Virus record (IMG/VR): IMGVR_UViG_2541047865_000002
Length of the DNA stretch: 27,464 nt
Origin: a virus
Lineage: Duplodnaviria; Heunggongvirae; Uroviricota; Caudoviricetes
Reading direction: 5' to 3' (one strand)
Shown: one piece after another, positions 16,874 through 25,941 of the stretch
How positions within the stretch are numbered: position 1 is the first letter of the stretch
How the letters are laid out: each line of letters starts with the position of its first letter
Program-made: the position numbers and the translations under genes
The notes under the pieces: model-generated
What the model saw: only the letters and a program-made list of their open reading frames with translations
Databases searched by the model: none
What the model was told of the DNA's origin: nothing

Positions 16874-17251
16874 ATGCGTGATATTCAGATGGTTCTTGAG
16901 CGTTGGGGAGCGTGGGCGGCTAATAATCATGAAGATGTGACCTGGTCGTCCATTGCCGCCGGTTTTAAGGGATTAATTCCTTCAAAAGTAAAATCTCGCC
17001 CACAATGTTGTGACGATGACGCGATGATCATTTGCGGGTGCATGGCCCGTCTGAAAAAGAACAACAGCGATTTGCATGATTTATTGGTGGACTATTATGT
17101 CGGCGGCATGACTTTTATGGCGCTTGCACGTAAGCATGGGCGATCTGATTGTTGGGTTGGCAGGATGCTCCAGAAAGCTGAGGGCGTAGTGGAGGGTATG
17201 CTGATGGTGTTGGATCTCCGATTGGAGATGGATGCTGATTGTTCGAAATAA
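16874..17251 (+). CDS. quuD: Q-family late-gene antiterminator (DLP12 QuuD-like), 125 aa
   Basis: [62 protein letters not shown]... recalled as QuuD; sits immediately upstream of the late/lysis region. Confidence 0.9.
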   Translation: MRDIQMVLERWGAWAANNHEDVTWSSIAAGFKGLIPSKVKSRPQCCDDDAMIICGCMARLKKNNSDLHDLLVDYYVGGMTFMALARKHGRSDCWVGRMLQKAEGVVEGMLMVLDLRLEMDADCSK

Positions 17252-17349
17252 TTAAAGGAAAAGTTGCTGTCTGATTCTCATTAGTCTAACATTTTAAATG
17301 TTGGAATCGCAACGTAGTTATTATCATATAACAGCTTGTTTCCTGATTT

Positions 17350-17378
17350 AGCCAGCCTCCCCAAAGGCTGGTTTTTTT
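17350..17378 (+). terminator. Intrinsic terminator about 100 nt downstream of the Q gene (candidate tR' of the pR' leader)
   Basis: Hairpin CCAGCC-TCCCCAAA-GGCTGG followed by TTTTTTT. Confidence 0.6.
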
Positions 17379-17406
17379 CTAATAAGTATTATTTCGGGTA
17401 GGGATT

Positions 17407-17931
17407 TTATTGTTTAACCCATAATAATTCATTGACATTGAATCCCAACTTTTGAGCGGTTCGCACATAGTCTGCTTTTACTTTATCTGGAATAGTTGGG
17501 GTCCTTGCCAGAATCCATAGGTATTCTCTGTTCGGACCACTGACAAGAGCATACTTATACTCATCATCCAGTTTGATTACATTATAGCCACCATAGAAGG
17601 GGCCAAAAAACGAAACCTTCAACGCTGCAGTTTTAGTATCTCCAGTAAAGTATGCTTTACCTTCGCTCTCGCTCCATTTATTTTTCGTTGGATCGTATCC
17701 ACGGTTAAGTACACGAATCCCTCCGTCGTTCCGTTTTCCATAAGTAGCGCTGACCTGTTCCAGACCACGTTCGAATCGGTTCTCGAGGCGAGCTATTTCA
17801 TACCACTTTCCGAGGTAGCGGTTGGCGTCAAAATTTGTAATCGGCTGCACACCTTTAGGTGGTGTCGGGACCTTACATGCTATAAGAGTGAAAGAGAGTG
17901 CAATGCCAGTCAACACAGGCCATAACTTCAT
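17407..17931 (-). CDS. Blc-like bacterial lipocalin, outer-membrane lipoprotein, 174 aa
   Basis: Signal peptide with lipobox (LIAC); strong similarity to E. coli Blc as recalled (FDANRYLGKWYEIARLENRFERGLE...SEGKAYFTGDTKTAALKVSFFGPFYGGYNVI...YLWILARTP). Confidence 0.85.
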   Translation of the reverse strand: MKLWPVLTGIALSFTLIACKVPTPPKGVQPITNFDANRYLGKWYEIARLENRFERGLEQVSATYGKRNDGGIRVLNRGYDPTKNKWSESEGKAYFTGDTKTAALKVSFFGPFYGGYNVIKLDDEYKYALVSGPNREYLWILARTPTIPDKVKADYVRTAQKLGFNVNELLWVKQ

Positions 17932-18123
17932 AATAAATCCTGTACTTTTGATAGTTGAGAGTAAGTATGAAAGATAGATGATTACGACCGATCACTTAAA
18001 GAACTTTCATACTATATTAGGAATAGTCCATAACAGAAAAATTGTCAGTGATGACGCCAGAAAGGCAATTTATTCCGTGCACTACACAGTTTATGTGTTA
18101 ATGAATTAGTCAAGGGGGAGGAT

Positions 18124-19083
18124 ATGATAAAAAAACCTGTGATTGGAATCAGCGGTTGTCTGGCCGGTTCTGCTGTTCGTTTTGATGGTGGTCACAAAAG
18201 AGCTGACTTTTTAATGGACAAATTAGTGGAATGGGTAACATTCAGACCAGTATGTCCGGAAATGGCTATAGGGCTGCCAGTTCCGCGTCCTGCTCTACGT
18301 CTTGTGCGCTCGACGCAAGGAAATATACGGATGTGTTTCAGCCACGACCAGAATGAGGATGTGACAGAGAGAATGACAGAGTTTAGTCGTTCTTATATGG
18401 ACAAATTAAAGGATGTATCGGGGTTTGTGGTTTGTGCTAAATCTCCCAGCTGTGGCATGGAGCGCGTGCGTGTCTATGATGAAAATGGTAATCGAGGTCG
18501 TAAAGATGGAGTGGGACTATTTACGAGCACTTTGATGGAAAAGTTTTCCTGGCTACCGGTTGAAGAGGATGGGCGATTACATGATCCAGTGCTTCGTGAG
18601 AATTTTGTTGAAAGAGTTTTTGCTTTGCATGAGCTCAATCACCTTTACAAGGAGAAATTATCAAGAAGAGAGTTATTAGCTTTTCATAGTCGTTATAAGC
18701 TTCAGTTGTTGGCGCATAGTCAGGCAGGCTATAAAGATATGGGACCATTTGTGGCTGCAATACACGAGTGGGCGGACCTTGAATCATACTTTGAGGTGTA
18801 TCGTGATAAGCTGATGGCGATTCTCAGAAAACCTGCATCACGTAAAAATCACACGAATGTGCTGATGCATATACAGGGGTATTTTAGTAACTACTTAAGT
18901 ACACGCCAGCGTAAAGAGTTGAGCGAGGTTATACTTAACTATCGTTCTGGCACATTACCTCTTCTTGCGCCGTTGACTCTGCTGAAGCATTATCTGGGTG
19001 AGTATCCTAATGATTACTTGCTTACACAGAATTACTTCGATCCCTATCCGGACGAACTGGCTCTAAGACTGATGGTAAATTAA
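18124..19083 (+). CDS. DUF523 (TudS-like, putative Fe-S thiouracil desulfidase) plus DUF1722 (YbgA-like) fusion protein, 319 aa
   Basis: N-terminal VIGISGCLAGSAVRFDGGHK with conserved Cys residues (C12, C44, C104/C109); C-terminal YbgA-like half; strong SD GGGGGAGGA. Confidence 0.75.
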   Translation: MIKKPVIGISGCLAGSAVRFDGGHKRADFLMDKLVEWVTFRPVCPEMAIGLPVPRPALRLVRSTQGNIRMCFSHDQNEDVTERMTEFSRSYMDKLKDVSGFVVCAKSPSCGMERVRVYDENGNRGRKDGVGLFTSTLMEKFSWLPVEEDGRLHDPVLRENFVERVFALHELNHLYKEKLSRRELLAFHSRYKLQLLAHSQAGYKDMGPFVAAIHEWADLESYFEVYRDKLMAILRKPASRKNHTNVLMHIQGYFSNYLSTRQRKELSEVILNYRSGTLPLLAPLTLLKHYLGEYPNDYLLTQNYFDPYPDELALRLMVN

Positions 19084-19425
19084 TTGTATGCGATATCATC
19101 CAAAAGGATGAGTTCCTGCATGCAGGATATTTACAATCGTAAAAACTACACTATGATACCCAGAGTGTCAGTTTGTATAAAAACTCTGTTTACGCTGAAG
19201 AAACCATTGAGATGCAACTTAAAGTTGGTAAACATGCCAGTCAAAATATATAATATTATGATTCCACGCAGCTATATATAATATAACAGATTGGTTTAAT
19301 AATTTGTCTTTGTGAGTTAAATACATAATTTTATACTTGTGATGCAATGAGATTTTCCTTATTGTTGAACTGGCGAATATTGATTTTCCACCTATACTTA
19401 CCTGGTGTAACCCCAATGATATCAG

Positions 19426-20160
19426 GTGGATAATATGCCATACATATGTTCTATCATTTTGGTGTTGAACTCGTTTGATGTCCGAATTGGTAAAGAAGAT
19501 ATTTTATTTAAAAAAGGAAGTGCTGTTCTCATTGATTACAATTTAAAAGATTTTTTTTCATCAAATATAGATCATGCAATGATCGTAGATGTTGAAGAGA
19601 AAACAGTTAATGATTTCTTTAAAAGCAACACACTCTCACCTTTTTCTGTAAGAAGGTTTTATCCGGCATACTTGATGGTGGAATGTGAAGATTTTTCATT
19701 GTTAAAGAACTTGATTGCATGCTTGAATTGTGATGGCAGAACTGTGGATTTTGTTAGAAATCAAATATCACTTGCATGTCTTGCTATCTTATCTTCAGAG
19801 AAAATAGTGCAAAGTTTTTTATTTGGATGTCTTAATAGTTTAGGAAGTAAAGTTAAGGCTATTATTCACACGGATATATCTGCAGCATGGAGACTTTGTG
19901 ATATATCTTCAAGACTGTATCTGAGTGAAAGTCTGTTAAAAAGAAAATTAAAGCACGAAGGCTTATCATTTAGTAAGTTAATTCTTGAAGAGCGAATGGT
20001 GATGGCGGAAAGGTTATTAAGCTACAATTTATATTCTGTTGGAAAAGTTACTGAGATATGCGGTTATGAAAACACGTCATATTTTGTAAGTGTTTTCAGA
20101 AGATATTTTGGTGTTCCTCCCCATCAATATTCATCAAGATTTTTTTTAGAAAAGACATGA
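19426..20160 (+). CDS. AraC/XylS-family transcriptional regulator, 244 aa
   Basis: C-terminal double HTH (…ERLLSYNLYSVGKVTEICGYENTSYFVSVFRRYFGVPPHQY); gene is visibly AT-rich with rare-codon flavour, suggesting horizontal acquisition. Confidence 0.85.
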   Translation: MDNMPYICSIILVLNSFDVRIGKEDILFKKGSAVLIDYNLKDFFSSNIDHAMIVDVEEKTVNDFFKSNTLSPFSVRRFYPAYLMVECEDFSLLKNLIACLNCDGRTVDFVRNQISLACLAILSSEKIVQSFLFGCLNSLGSKVKAIIHTDISAAWRLCDISSRLYLSESLLKRKLKHEGLSFSKLILEERMVMAERLLSYNLYSVGKVTEICGYENTSYFVSVFRRYFGVPPHQYSSRFFLEKT

Positions 20161-20227
20161 TGTAACGTGATGCGTTTTAATGATTTTGTAATTTTCGTAT
20201 TTGATAATTGTATGATGCTTTCAGCTA

Positions 20228-20258
20228 CGCCAGAATAATCGCTGGCGTTTTTCTTTTT
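20228..20258 (+). terminator. Intrinsic terminator downstream of the AraC-family gene
   Basis: Hairpin CGCCAG-AATAATCG-CTGGCG followed by TTTTTCTTTTT. Confidence 0.5.
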
Positions 20259-20353
20259 GAATAGATGTTCAAGCCTTACGCTAATGTAACTTCTATACCT
20301 TTCCTCTTCGTTCCGAACCGTGTACACCATCCGTTATTTGCGGAGGTGAGGCT

Positions 20354-20569
20354 ATGAAATCCATGGATAAGTTAACAACGGGTGTCGCCTATGGCACCTC
20401 AGCAGGTAGTGCCGGTTACTGGTTTTTACAGCTGCTCGATAAAGTCACGCCCTCACAGTGGGCAGCAATAGGTGTGCTGGGTAGCCTGGTATTTGGCCTG
20501 CTGACGTACCTGACAAACCTTTATTTCAAGATTAAAGAAGATAAGCGCAAGGCTGCGAGAGGTGAATAA
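20354..20569 (+). CDS. S: Class II holin (phage 21 S21-type pinholin), 71 aa
   Basis: [71 protein letters not shown] closely matches S21 as recalled; two TM segments. Confidence 0.9.
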
Positions 20570-20987
20570 TGCCTCCATCATTACGAAAAGCCGTTGCTGC
20601 TGCTATTGGTGGCGGGGCTATTGCTATAGCATCTGTGCTAATCACTGGCCCAAGTGGTAACGATGGTCTGGAGGGTGTGAGACATAATCCTTACAAAGAC
20701 ATAGTTGGTGTATGGACTGTATGTTACGGGCATACAGGAAAAGACATCATTCCTGGTAAAACGTATACCGAAGCAGAGTGCAAAGCCCTCCTGAATAAAG
20801 ACCTTGCCACTGTCGCCAGACAAATTAACCCGTACATCAAAGTCGATATACCGGAAACAACGCGCGGCGCTCTTTACTCGTTCGTCTACAACGTGGGTGC
20901 TGGCAATTTCAGAACATCGACGCTTCTTCGCAAAATAAACCAGGGTGATATTAAAGGCGCATGTGATCAGCTACGGCGCTGGACATA
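20569..20987 (+). pseudogene. R: SAR endolysin (phage 21 R-type lysozyme) truncated by IS3 after about 139 codons
   Basis: N-terminal SAR domain [27 protein letters not shown] and lysozyme core match R21; the ORF runs into the IS3 terminal repeat at 20988 and ends in IS-encoded residues. Confidence 0.85.
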
Positions 20988-21017
20988 TGATCCTACCCAC
21001 GTAATATGGACACAGGC

Positions 21018-21884
21018 CTAAGCGAGGTTCTGGTTTTCAAATTGTTCCGGACTGAGGCCGCCACACCAACTGTGCCGCCGCCACCGATTGTAATCACATT
21101 CGATATAATTAAACACCGTTGCCCGCATTATTTCCCGGCTGATAAAGTGTTCTCCATGGATACATTCCACTTTCAGCGAATGAAAGAAGCTTTCCACGCA
21201 GGCATTATCGTAGCAGCAACCTTTTGCGCTCATACTTCCACGCAGATTATGCCGCTTCAGTTGCGCCTGATAATCTGCTGAACAGTACTGGCCTCCACGG
21301 TCCGTGTGAACGATAACGTTCCGGGGCCTCTTACGCCGCCACAGCGCCATCTGCAGGGCATCGCAGGCCAGTTGCGCCGTCATGCGTGGCGACATTGACC
21401 AGCCAATAACGGCACGTGACCACAGGTCAATGACCACTGCCAGATACAGCCAGCCTTCATCTGTACGTAAGTACGTGATGTCTCCTGCCCACTTCTGGTT
21501 CGGGCCACTGGCGTAAAAATCCTGCTCCAACAGATTTTCTGACACAGGCAGGCCGTGTGCGCGGTAGCTGACCGGGCTGAACTTCCGGGAGGCCTTTGCC
21601 CTCAGTCCCTGACGGCGCAGGCTTGCCGCCACGGTTTTTACGTTAAAGGGGTAACCCTGAGCACGCAGTTCATCCGTCAGGCGTGGGGCACCGTAACGCT
21701 GTTTTGACCGGGTAAAAGCCGCGAGGACAACGCTGTCGCAGTGTTGGCGGAACTGCTGACGCGTGCTTATCCTTGTCCGCCGCTGACACCACGTATACCA
21801 GCCGCTGCGGGCCACCCGGAGCACGCGGCACATTGCTTTGATGCTGAACTCAGCCTGATGTTTTTCAATAAAGACATACTTCAT
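21018..21884 (-). CDS. insF: IS3 transposase OrfB (DDE integrase domain), 288 aa
   Basis: [36 protein letters not shown]... matches IS3 InsF; start overlaps the orfA stop (AAATGA). Confidence 0.95.
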   Translation of the reverse strand: MKYVFIEKHQAEFSIKAMCRVLRVARSGWYTWCQRRTRISTRQQFRQHCDSVVLAAFTRSKQRYGAPRLTDELRAQGYPFNVKTVAASLRRQGLRAKASRKFSPVSYRAHGLPVSENLLEQDFYASGPNQKWAGDITYLRTDEGWLYLAVVIDLWSRAVIGWSMSPRMTAQLACDALQMALWRRKRPRNVIVHTDRGGQYCSADYQAQLKRHNLRGSMSAKGCCYDNACVESFFHSLKVECIHGEHFISREIMRATVFNYIECDYNRWRRHSWCGGLSPEQFENQNLA

Positions 21885-22180
21885 TTCAGGCGCTTCGCGA
21901 AGTATGTCGCGGCCTTTTGGAGGATAGCCAGCTCTTCATCCCGTTCTGCCAGCTGGCGTTTGAGACGTGCAATCTCGGTAGACATCTCCAGTTCACGTTC
22001 AGAAGACGTCTGCTGATTTTGCTGTTTACTGCGCCAGTTGTAGAGCTGTGATTCATACAGGCTGAGTTCACGGGCTGCGGCAGTAACACCGATGCGTTCA
22101 GCAAGCTTCAGGGCTTCACTGCGAAATTCAGGCGAATGCTGTTTACGGGGTTTTTTACTGGTTGATACTGTTTTTGTCAT
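21881..22180 (-). CDS. insE: IS3 transposase OrfA (HTH), 99 aa
   Basis: [54 protein letters not shown]... matches IS3 InsE. Confidence 0.9.
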   Translation of the reverse strand: MTKTVSTSKKPRKQHSPEFRSEALKLAERIGVTAAARELSLYESQLYNWRSKQQNQQTSSERELEMSTEIARLKRQLAERDEELAILQKAATYFAKRLK

Positions 22181-22245
22181 GTGAGTCACCTCTGACTGAG
22201 AGTTTACTCACTTAGCCGCGTGTCCACTATTGCTGGGTAAGATCA

Positions 22246-22340
22246 TCCCTACTTCCCCGGATGTGGCGGACATGACGGAGGATGACGTAATGCTGATGAC
22301 AGTATCAGAAGGGATCGCAGGAGGAGTCCGGTATGGCTGA
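22246..22340 (+). pseudogene. T: 3' remnant of the lambda tail assembly gene T (G-T), truncated at the IS3 junction
   Basis: In-frame reading ...LMTVSEGIAGGVRYG* ends with its stop overlapping the H start (ATGGCTGA), the normal T-H arrangement; all upstream sequence is replaced by IS3. Confidence 0.5.
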
Positions 22341-24912
22341 ACCGGTAGGCGATCTGGTCGTTGATTTGAGTCTGGATGCGGCCAGATTTGACGAGCAGAT
22401 GGCCAGAGTCAGGCGTCATTTTTCCGGTACGGAAAGTGATGCGAAAAAAACAGCGGCAGTCGTTGAACAGTCGATGAACCGGCAGGCGCTGGCTGCACAG
22501 AAAGCGGGAATTTCCGTCGGGCAGTATAAAGCCGCCATGCGTATGCTGCCTGCGCAGTTCACTGACGTGGCCACGCAGCTTGCAGGCGGGCAAAGTCCGT
22601 GGCTGATCCTGCTGCAACAGGGGGGTCAGGTGAAGGACTCCTTCGGCGGGATGATCCCCATGTTCCGGGGGCTTGCCGGTGCGATCACCCTGCCGATGGT
22701 GGGGGCTACCTCGCTGGCGGTGGCGACCGGAGCGCTGGCGTATGCCTGGTATCAGGGCAACTCAACCCTGTCCGATTTCAACAAAACGCTGGTCCTTTCC
22801 GGCAATCAGGCGGGACTGACGGCAGATCGTATGCTGGTCCTGTCCAGAGCCGGGCAGGCGGCAGGGCTGACGTTTAACCAGACCAGCGAGTCACTCAGCG
22901 CACTGGTTAAGGCGGGGGTAAGCGGTGAGGCTCAGATTGCGTCCATCAGCCAGAGTGTGGCGCGTTTCTCCTCTGCATCCGGCGTGGAGGTGGACAAGGT
23001 CGCTGAAGCCTTCGGGAAGCTGACCACAGACCCGACGTCGGGGCTGACGGCGATGGCACGCCAGTTCCATAACGTGACGGCGGAGCAGATTGCGTATGTT
23101 GCTCAGTTGCAGCGTTCCGGAGATGAAGCCGGGGCATTGCAGGCGGCGAACGAGGCCGCAACGAAAGGGTTTGATGACCAGACCCGCCGCCTGAAAGAGA
23201 ACATGGGCACGCTGGAGACCTGGGCAGACAGGACAGCACGGGCATTCAAATCCATGTGGGATTCGGTGCTGGATATTGGTCGCCCGGACACTGCCCAGGG
23301 AATGCTGGAGAAAGCAGAAAAGGCTTTTGATGAGGCGGACAAAAAATGGCAGTGGTATCAGAGCCGGAGCCACCGGCGCGGTAAAACCTCAGCATTTCTT
23401 GCCAATCTCCGGGGAGCATGGGAGGACAGAGCGAATGCGCAACTTGGGCTTTCAGCCGCCACGTTGCAGGCCGATCTTGAAAAGGCCAGAGAGATGGCAG
23501 CAAAGGACTGGGTCGAGTCTGAGGCATCACGGCTGAAATATACCGAAGAGGCGCAGAAGGCTTACGAACGCCTGCAGACGCCGCTGGAGAAATATACCGC
23601 CCGTCAGGAAGAACTGAATAAGGCACTGAAAGACGGGAAAATCCTGCAGGCAGATTACAACACGCTGATGGCGGCAGCGAAAAAGGATTATGAAGCGACG
23701 CTGAAAAAGCCGAAGCAGTCCGGCGTGAAAGTGTCTGCAGGCGATCGCCAGGAAGACAGTGCTCATGCTGCCCTGCTGACGCTTCAGGCAGAACTCCGGA
23801 CGCTGGAGAAGCATGCCGGAGCGAATGAGAAAATCAGCCAGCAGCGCCGGGATTTGTGGAAGGCGGAGAGTCAGTTCGCTGTACTGGAGGAGGCGGCACA
23901 ACGTCGCCAGCTGTCCGCACAGGAGAAATCCCTGCTGGCGCATAAAGATGAGACGCTGGGGTACAAACGCCAGCTGGCTGCACTTGGCGACAAGGTTACG
24001 TATCAGGAGCGCCTGAATGCGCTGGCGCAGCAGGCGGATAAATTCGCACAGCAGCAACGGGCAAAACGGGCCGCCATTGATGCGAAAAACCGGGGGCTGA
24101 CTGACCGGCAGGCAGCGCGGGAAGCCACAGAACAGCGTCTGAAGGAACAGTATGGCGATAATCCGCTGGCGCTGAATAACGTCATGTCAGAGCAGAAAAA
24201 GACCTGGACGGCTGAAGACCAGCTTCGCGGGAGCTGGATGGCAGGCCTGAAGTCCGGCTGGAGTGAGTGGGAAGAGAGCGCCACGGACAGTATGTCGCAG
24301 GTTAAAAGTGCAGCCACGCAGACCTTTGATGGTATTGCGCAGAATATGGCGGCGATGCTGACCGGCAGTGAGCAGAACTGGCGCAGCTTCACCCGTTCCG
24401 TGCTGTCCATGATGACAGAAATTCTGCTTAAGCAGGCAATGGTGGGGATTGTCGGGAGTATCGGTAGCGCCATTGGCGGGGCTGTTGGTGGCGGCGCATC
24501 CGCATCAGGCGGTACAGCCATTCAGGCAGCTGCGGCGAAATTCCATTTTGCGACCGGAGGATTTACGGGAACCGGCGGCAAATATGAGCCAGCGGGGATT
24601 GTTCACCGTGGTGAATTTGTCTTCACGAAGGAGGCAACCAGCCGGATTGGTGTCGGCAACCTGTACCGCCTGATGCGGGGCTATGCGGAAGGTGGTTATG
24701 TGGGCGGTGCCGGAAGTCCGGCGCAGATGCGGCGGGCTGAAGGCATTAATTTTAATCAGAACAATCACGTGGTGATTCAGAACGACGGTACGAATGGTCT
24801 GCCAGGTCCACAGATGATGAAGGCAGTGTATGACATGGCCCGCAAGGGTGCCCGTGATGAAATTCAGGCACAGATGCGCGATGGTGGTCTGTTCTCCGGA
24901 GGTGGACGATGA
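22333..24912 (+). CDS. H: Tail tape-measure protein H, 859 aa
   Basis: Near-identical to lambda H as recalled (MAEPVGDLVVDLSLDAARFDEQMARVRRHFSGTESDAKK...); Gly-rich C-terminal region. Confidence 0.95.
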   Translation: MAEPVGDLVVDLSLDAARFDEQMARVRRHFSGTESDAKKTAAVVEQSMNRQALAAQKAGISVGQYKAAMRMLPAQFTDVATQLAGGQSPWLILLQQGGQVKDSFGGMIPMFRGLAGAITLPMVGATSLAVATGALAYAWYQGNSTLSDFNKTLVLSGNQAGLTADRMLVLSRAGQAAGLTFNQTSESLSALVKAGVSGEAQIASISQSVARFSSASGVEVDKVAEAFGKLTTDPTSGLTAMARQFHNVTAEQIAYVAQLQRSGDEAGALQAANEAATKGFDDQTRRLKENMGTLETWADRTARAFKSMWDSVLDIGRPDTAQGMLEKAEKAFDEADKKWQWYQSRSHRRGKTSAFLANLRGAWEDRANAQLGLSAATLQADLEKAREMAAKDWVESEASRLKYTEEAQKAYERLQTPLEKYTARQEELNKALKDGKILQADYNTLMAAAKKDYEATLKKPKQSGVKVSAGDRQEDSAHAALLTLQAELRTLEKHAGANEKISQQRRDLWKAESQFAVLEEAAQRRQLSAQEKSLLAHKDETLGYKRQLAALGDKVTYQERLNALAQQADKFAQQQRAKRAAIDAKNRGLTDRQAAREATEQRLKEQYGDNPLALNNVMSEQKKTWTAEDQLRGSWMAGLKSGWSEWEESATDSMSQVKSAATQTFDGIAQNMAAMLTGSEQNWRSFTRSVLSMMTEILLKQAMVGIVGSIGSAIGGAVGGGASASGGTAIQAAAAKFHFATGGFTGTGGKYEPAGIVHRGEFVFTKEATSRIGVGNLYRLMRGYAEGGYVGGAGSPAQMRRAEGINFNQNNHVVIQNDGTNGLPGPQMMKAVYDMARKGARDEIQAQMRDGGLFSGGGR

Positions 24913-25238
24913 AGACCTTCCGCTGGAAAGTGAAACCCGGTATGGATGTGGCTTCGGCCCCTTCCGTCAGGAAAGTGCGCTTTGGTGATGGCTATTCCCA
25001 GCGAGCGCCTGCCGGGCTGAATGCCGACCTGAAAACGTACAGCGTGACGCTTTCTGTTCCCCGTTGGGAGGCCACGGCGCTGGAGTCGTTTCTGGCTGAG
25101 CACGGGGGCTGGAAAGCCTTTCTGTGGACGCCGCCTTATGAGTGGCGGCAGATAAAGGTGACCTGCGCAAAATGGTCGTCGCGGGTCAGTATGCTGCGTG
25201 TTGAGTTCAGCGCAGAGTTTGAACAGGTGGTGAACTGA
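24909..25238 (+). CDS. M: Tail tip protein M, 109 aa
   Basis: Matches lambda M (MKTFRWKVKPGMDVASAPSVRKVRFGDGYSQRAPAGLNADLKTYSVTLSVPRWEA...); overlaps the H stop. Confidence 0.95.
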   Translation: MKTFRWKVKPGMDVASAPSVRKVRFGDGYSQRAPAGLNADLKTYSVTLSVPRWEATALESFLAEHGGWKAFLWTPPYEWRQIKVTCAKWSSRVSMLRVEFSAEFEQVVN

Positions 25239-25936
25239 TGCAGGATATCCGGCAGGAAACACTGAATGAATGCACCCGTGCGGAGCAGTCGGCCAGCGTG
25301 GTGCTCTGGGAAATCGATCTGACAGAGGTCGGTGGAGAACGTTATTTTTTCTGTAATGAGCAGAACGAAAAAGGTGAGCCGGTCACCTGGCAGGGGCGAC
25401 GGTATCAGCCGTATCCCATTCAGGGGAGTGGTTTTGAACTGAATGGCAAAGGCACCAGTACGCGCCCCACGCTGACGGTTTCTAACCTGTACGGTATGGT
25501 CACCGGGATGGCGGAAGATCTGCAGAGTCTGGTCGGCGGAACGGTGGTCCGGCGTAAGGTTTACGCCCGTTTTCTGGATGCGGTGAACTTCGTCAACGGA
25601 AACAGTGACGCCGATCCGGAGCAGGAGGTGATCAGCCGCTGGCGCATTGAGCAGTGCAGCGAACTGAGCGCGGTGAGTGCCTCTTTTGTACTGTCCACGC
25701 CGACGGAAACGGACGGCGCTGTTTTTCCGGGACGTATCATGCTGGCCAACACCTGCACCTGGACCTATCGCGGCGATGAGTGCGGTTATCACGGTCCGGC
25801 GGTCGCGGATGAATATGACCAGCCAACGTCCGATATCACGAAGGATAAATGCAGCAAATGCCTGAGCGGTTGTAAGTTCCGCAATAACGTCGGCAACTTT
25901 GGCGGCTTCCTTTCCATTAACAAACTTTCGCAGTAA
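25238..25936 (+). CDS. L: Tail tip protein L, 232 aa
   Basis: Matches lambda L (MQDIRQETLNECTRAEQSASVVLWEIDLTEVGGERYFFCNEQNEKGEPVTWQGRRYQPYPIQ...). Confidence 0.95.
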   Translation: MQDIRQETLNECTRAEQSASVVLWEIDLTEVGGERYFFCNEQNEKGEPVTWQGRRYQPYPIQGSGFELNGKGTSTRPTLTVSNLYGMVTGMAEDLQSLVGGTVVRRKVYARFLDAVNFVNGNSDADPEQEVISRWRIEQCSELSAVSASFVLSTPTETDGAVFPGRIMLANTCTWTYRGDECGYHGPAVADEYDQPTSDITKDKCSKCLSGCKFRNNVGNFGGFLSINKLSQ

Positions 25937-25941
25937 ATCCC

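Larger units (their letters stand above)
20988..22245 (-). mobile_element. IS3: IS3 insertion sequence, 1258 bp, complete, with terminal inverted repeats TGATCCTACCCAC... / ...GCTGGGTAAGATCA
   Basis: Ends match IS3 termini; carries insE (orfA) and insF (orfB); length equals canonical IS3; flanking 3-bp sequences ATA and TCC do not form a target-site duplication. Confidence 0.95.

Noticed and set aside
22891-24768. Multiple antisense ORFs of 79 to 176 aa inside the tape-measure gene H (for example 22891..23373, 23246..23626, 23527..24057, 24003..24521)
   Set aside because: They lie entirely within and antisense to a lambda-matching H gene and have low-complexity Arg/Pro/Ala-rich translations with no SD context; typical spurious frames
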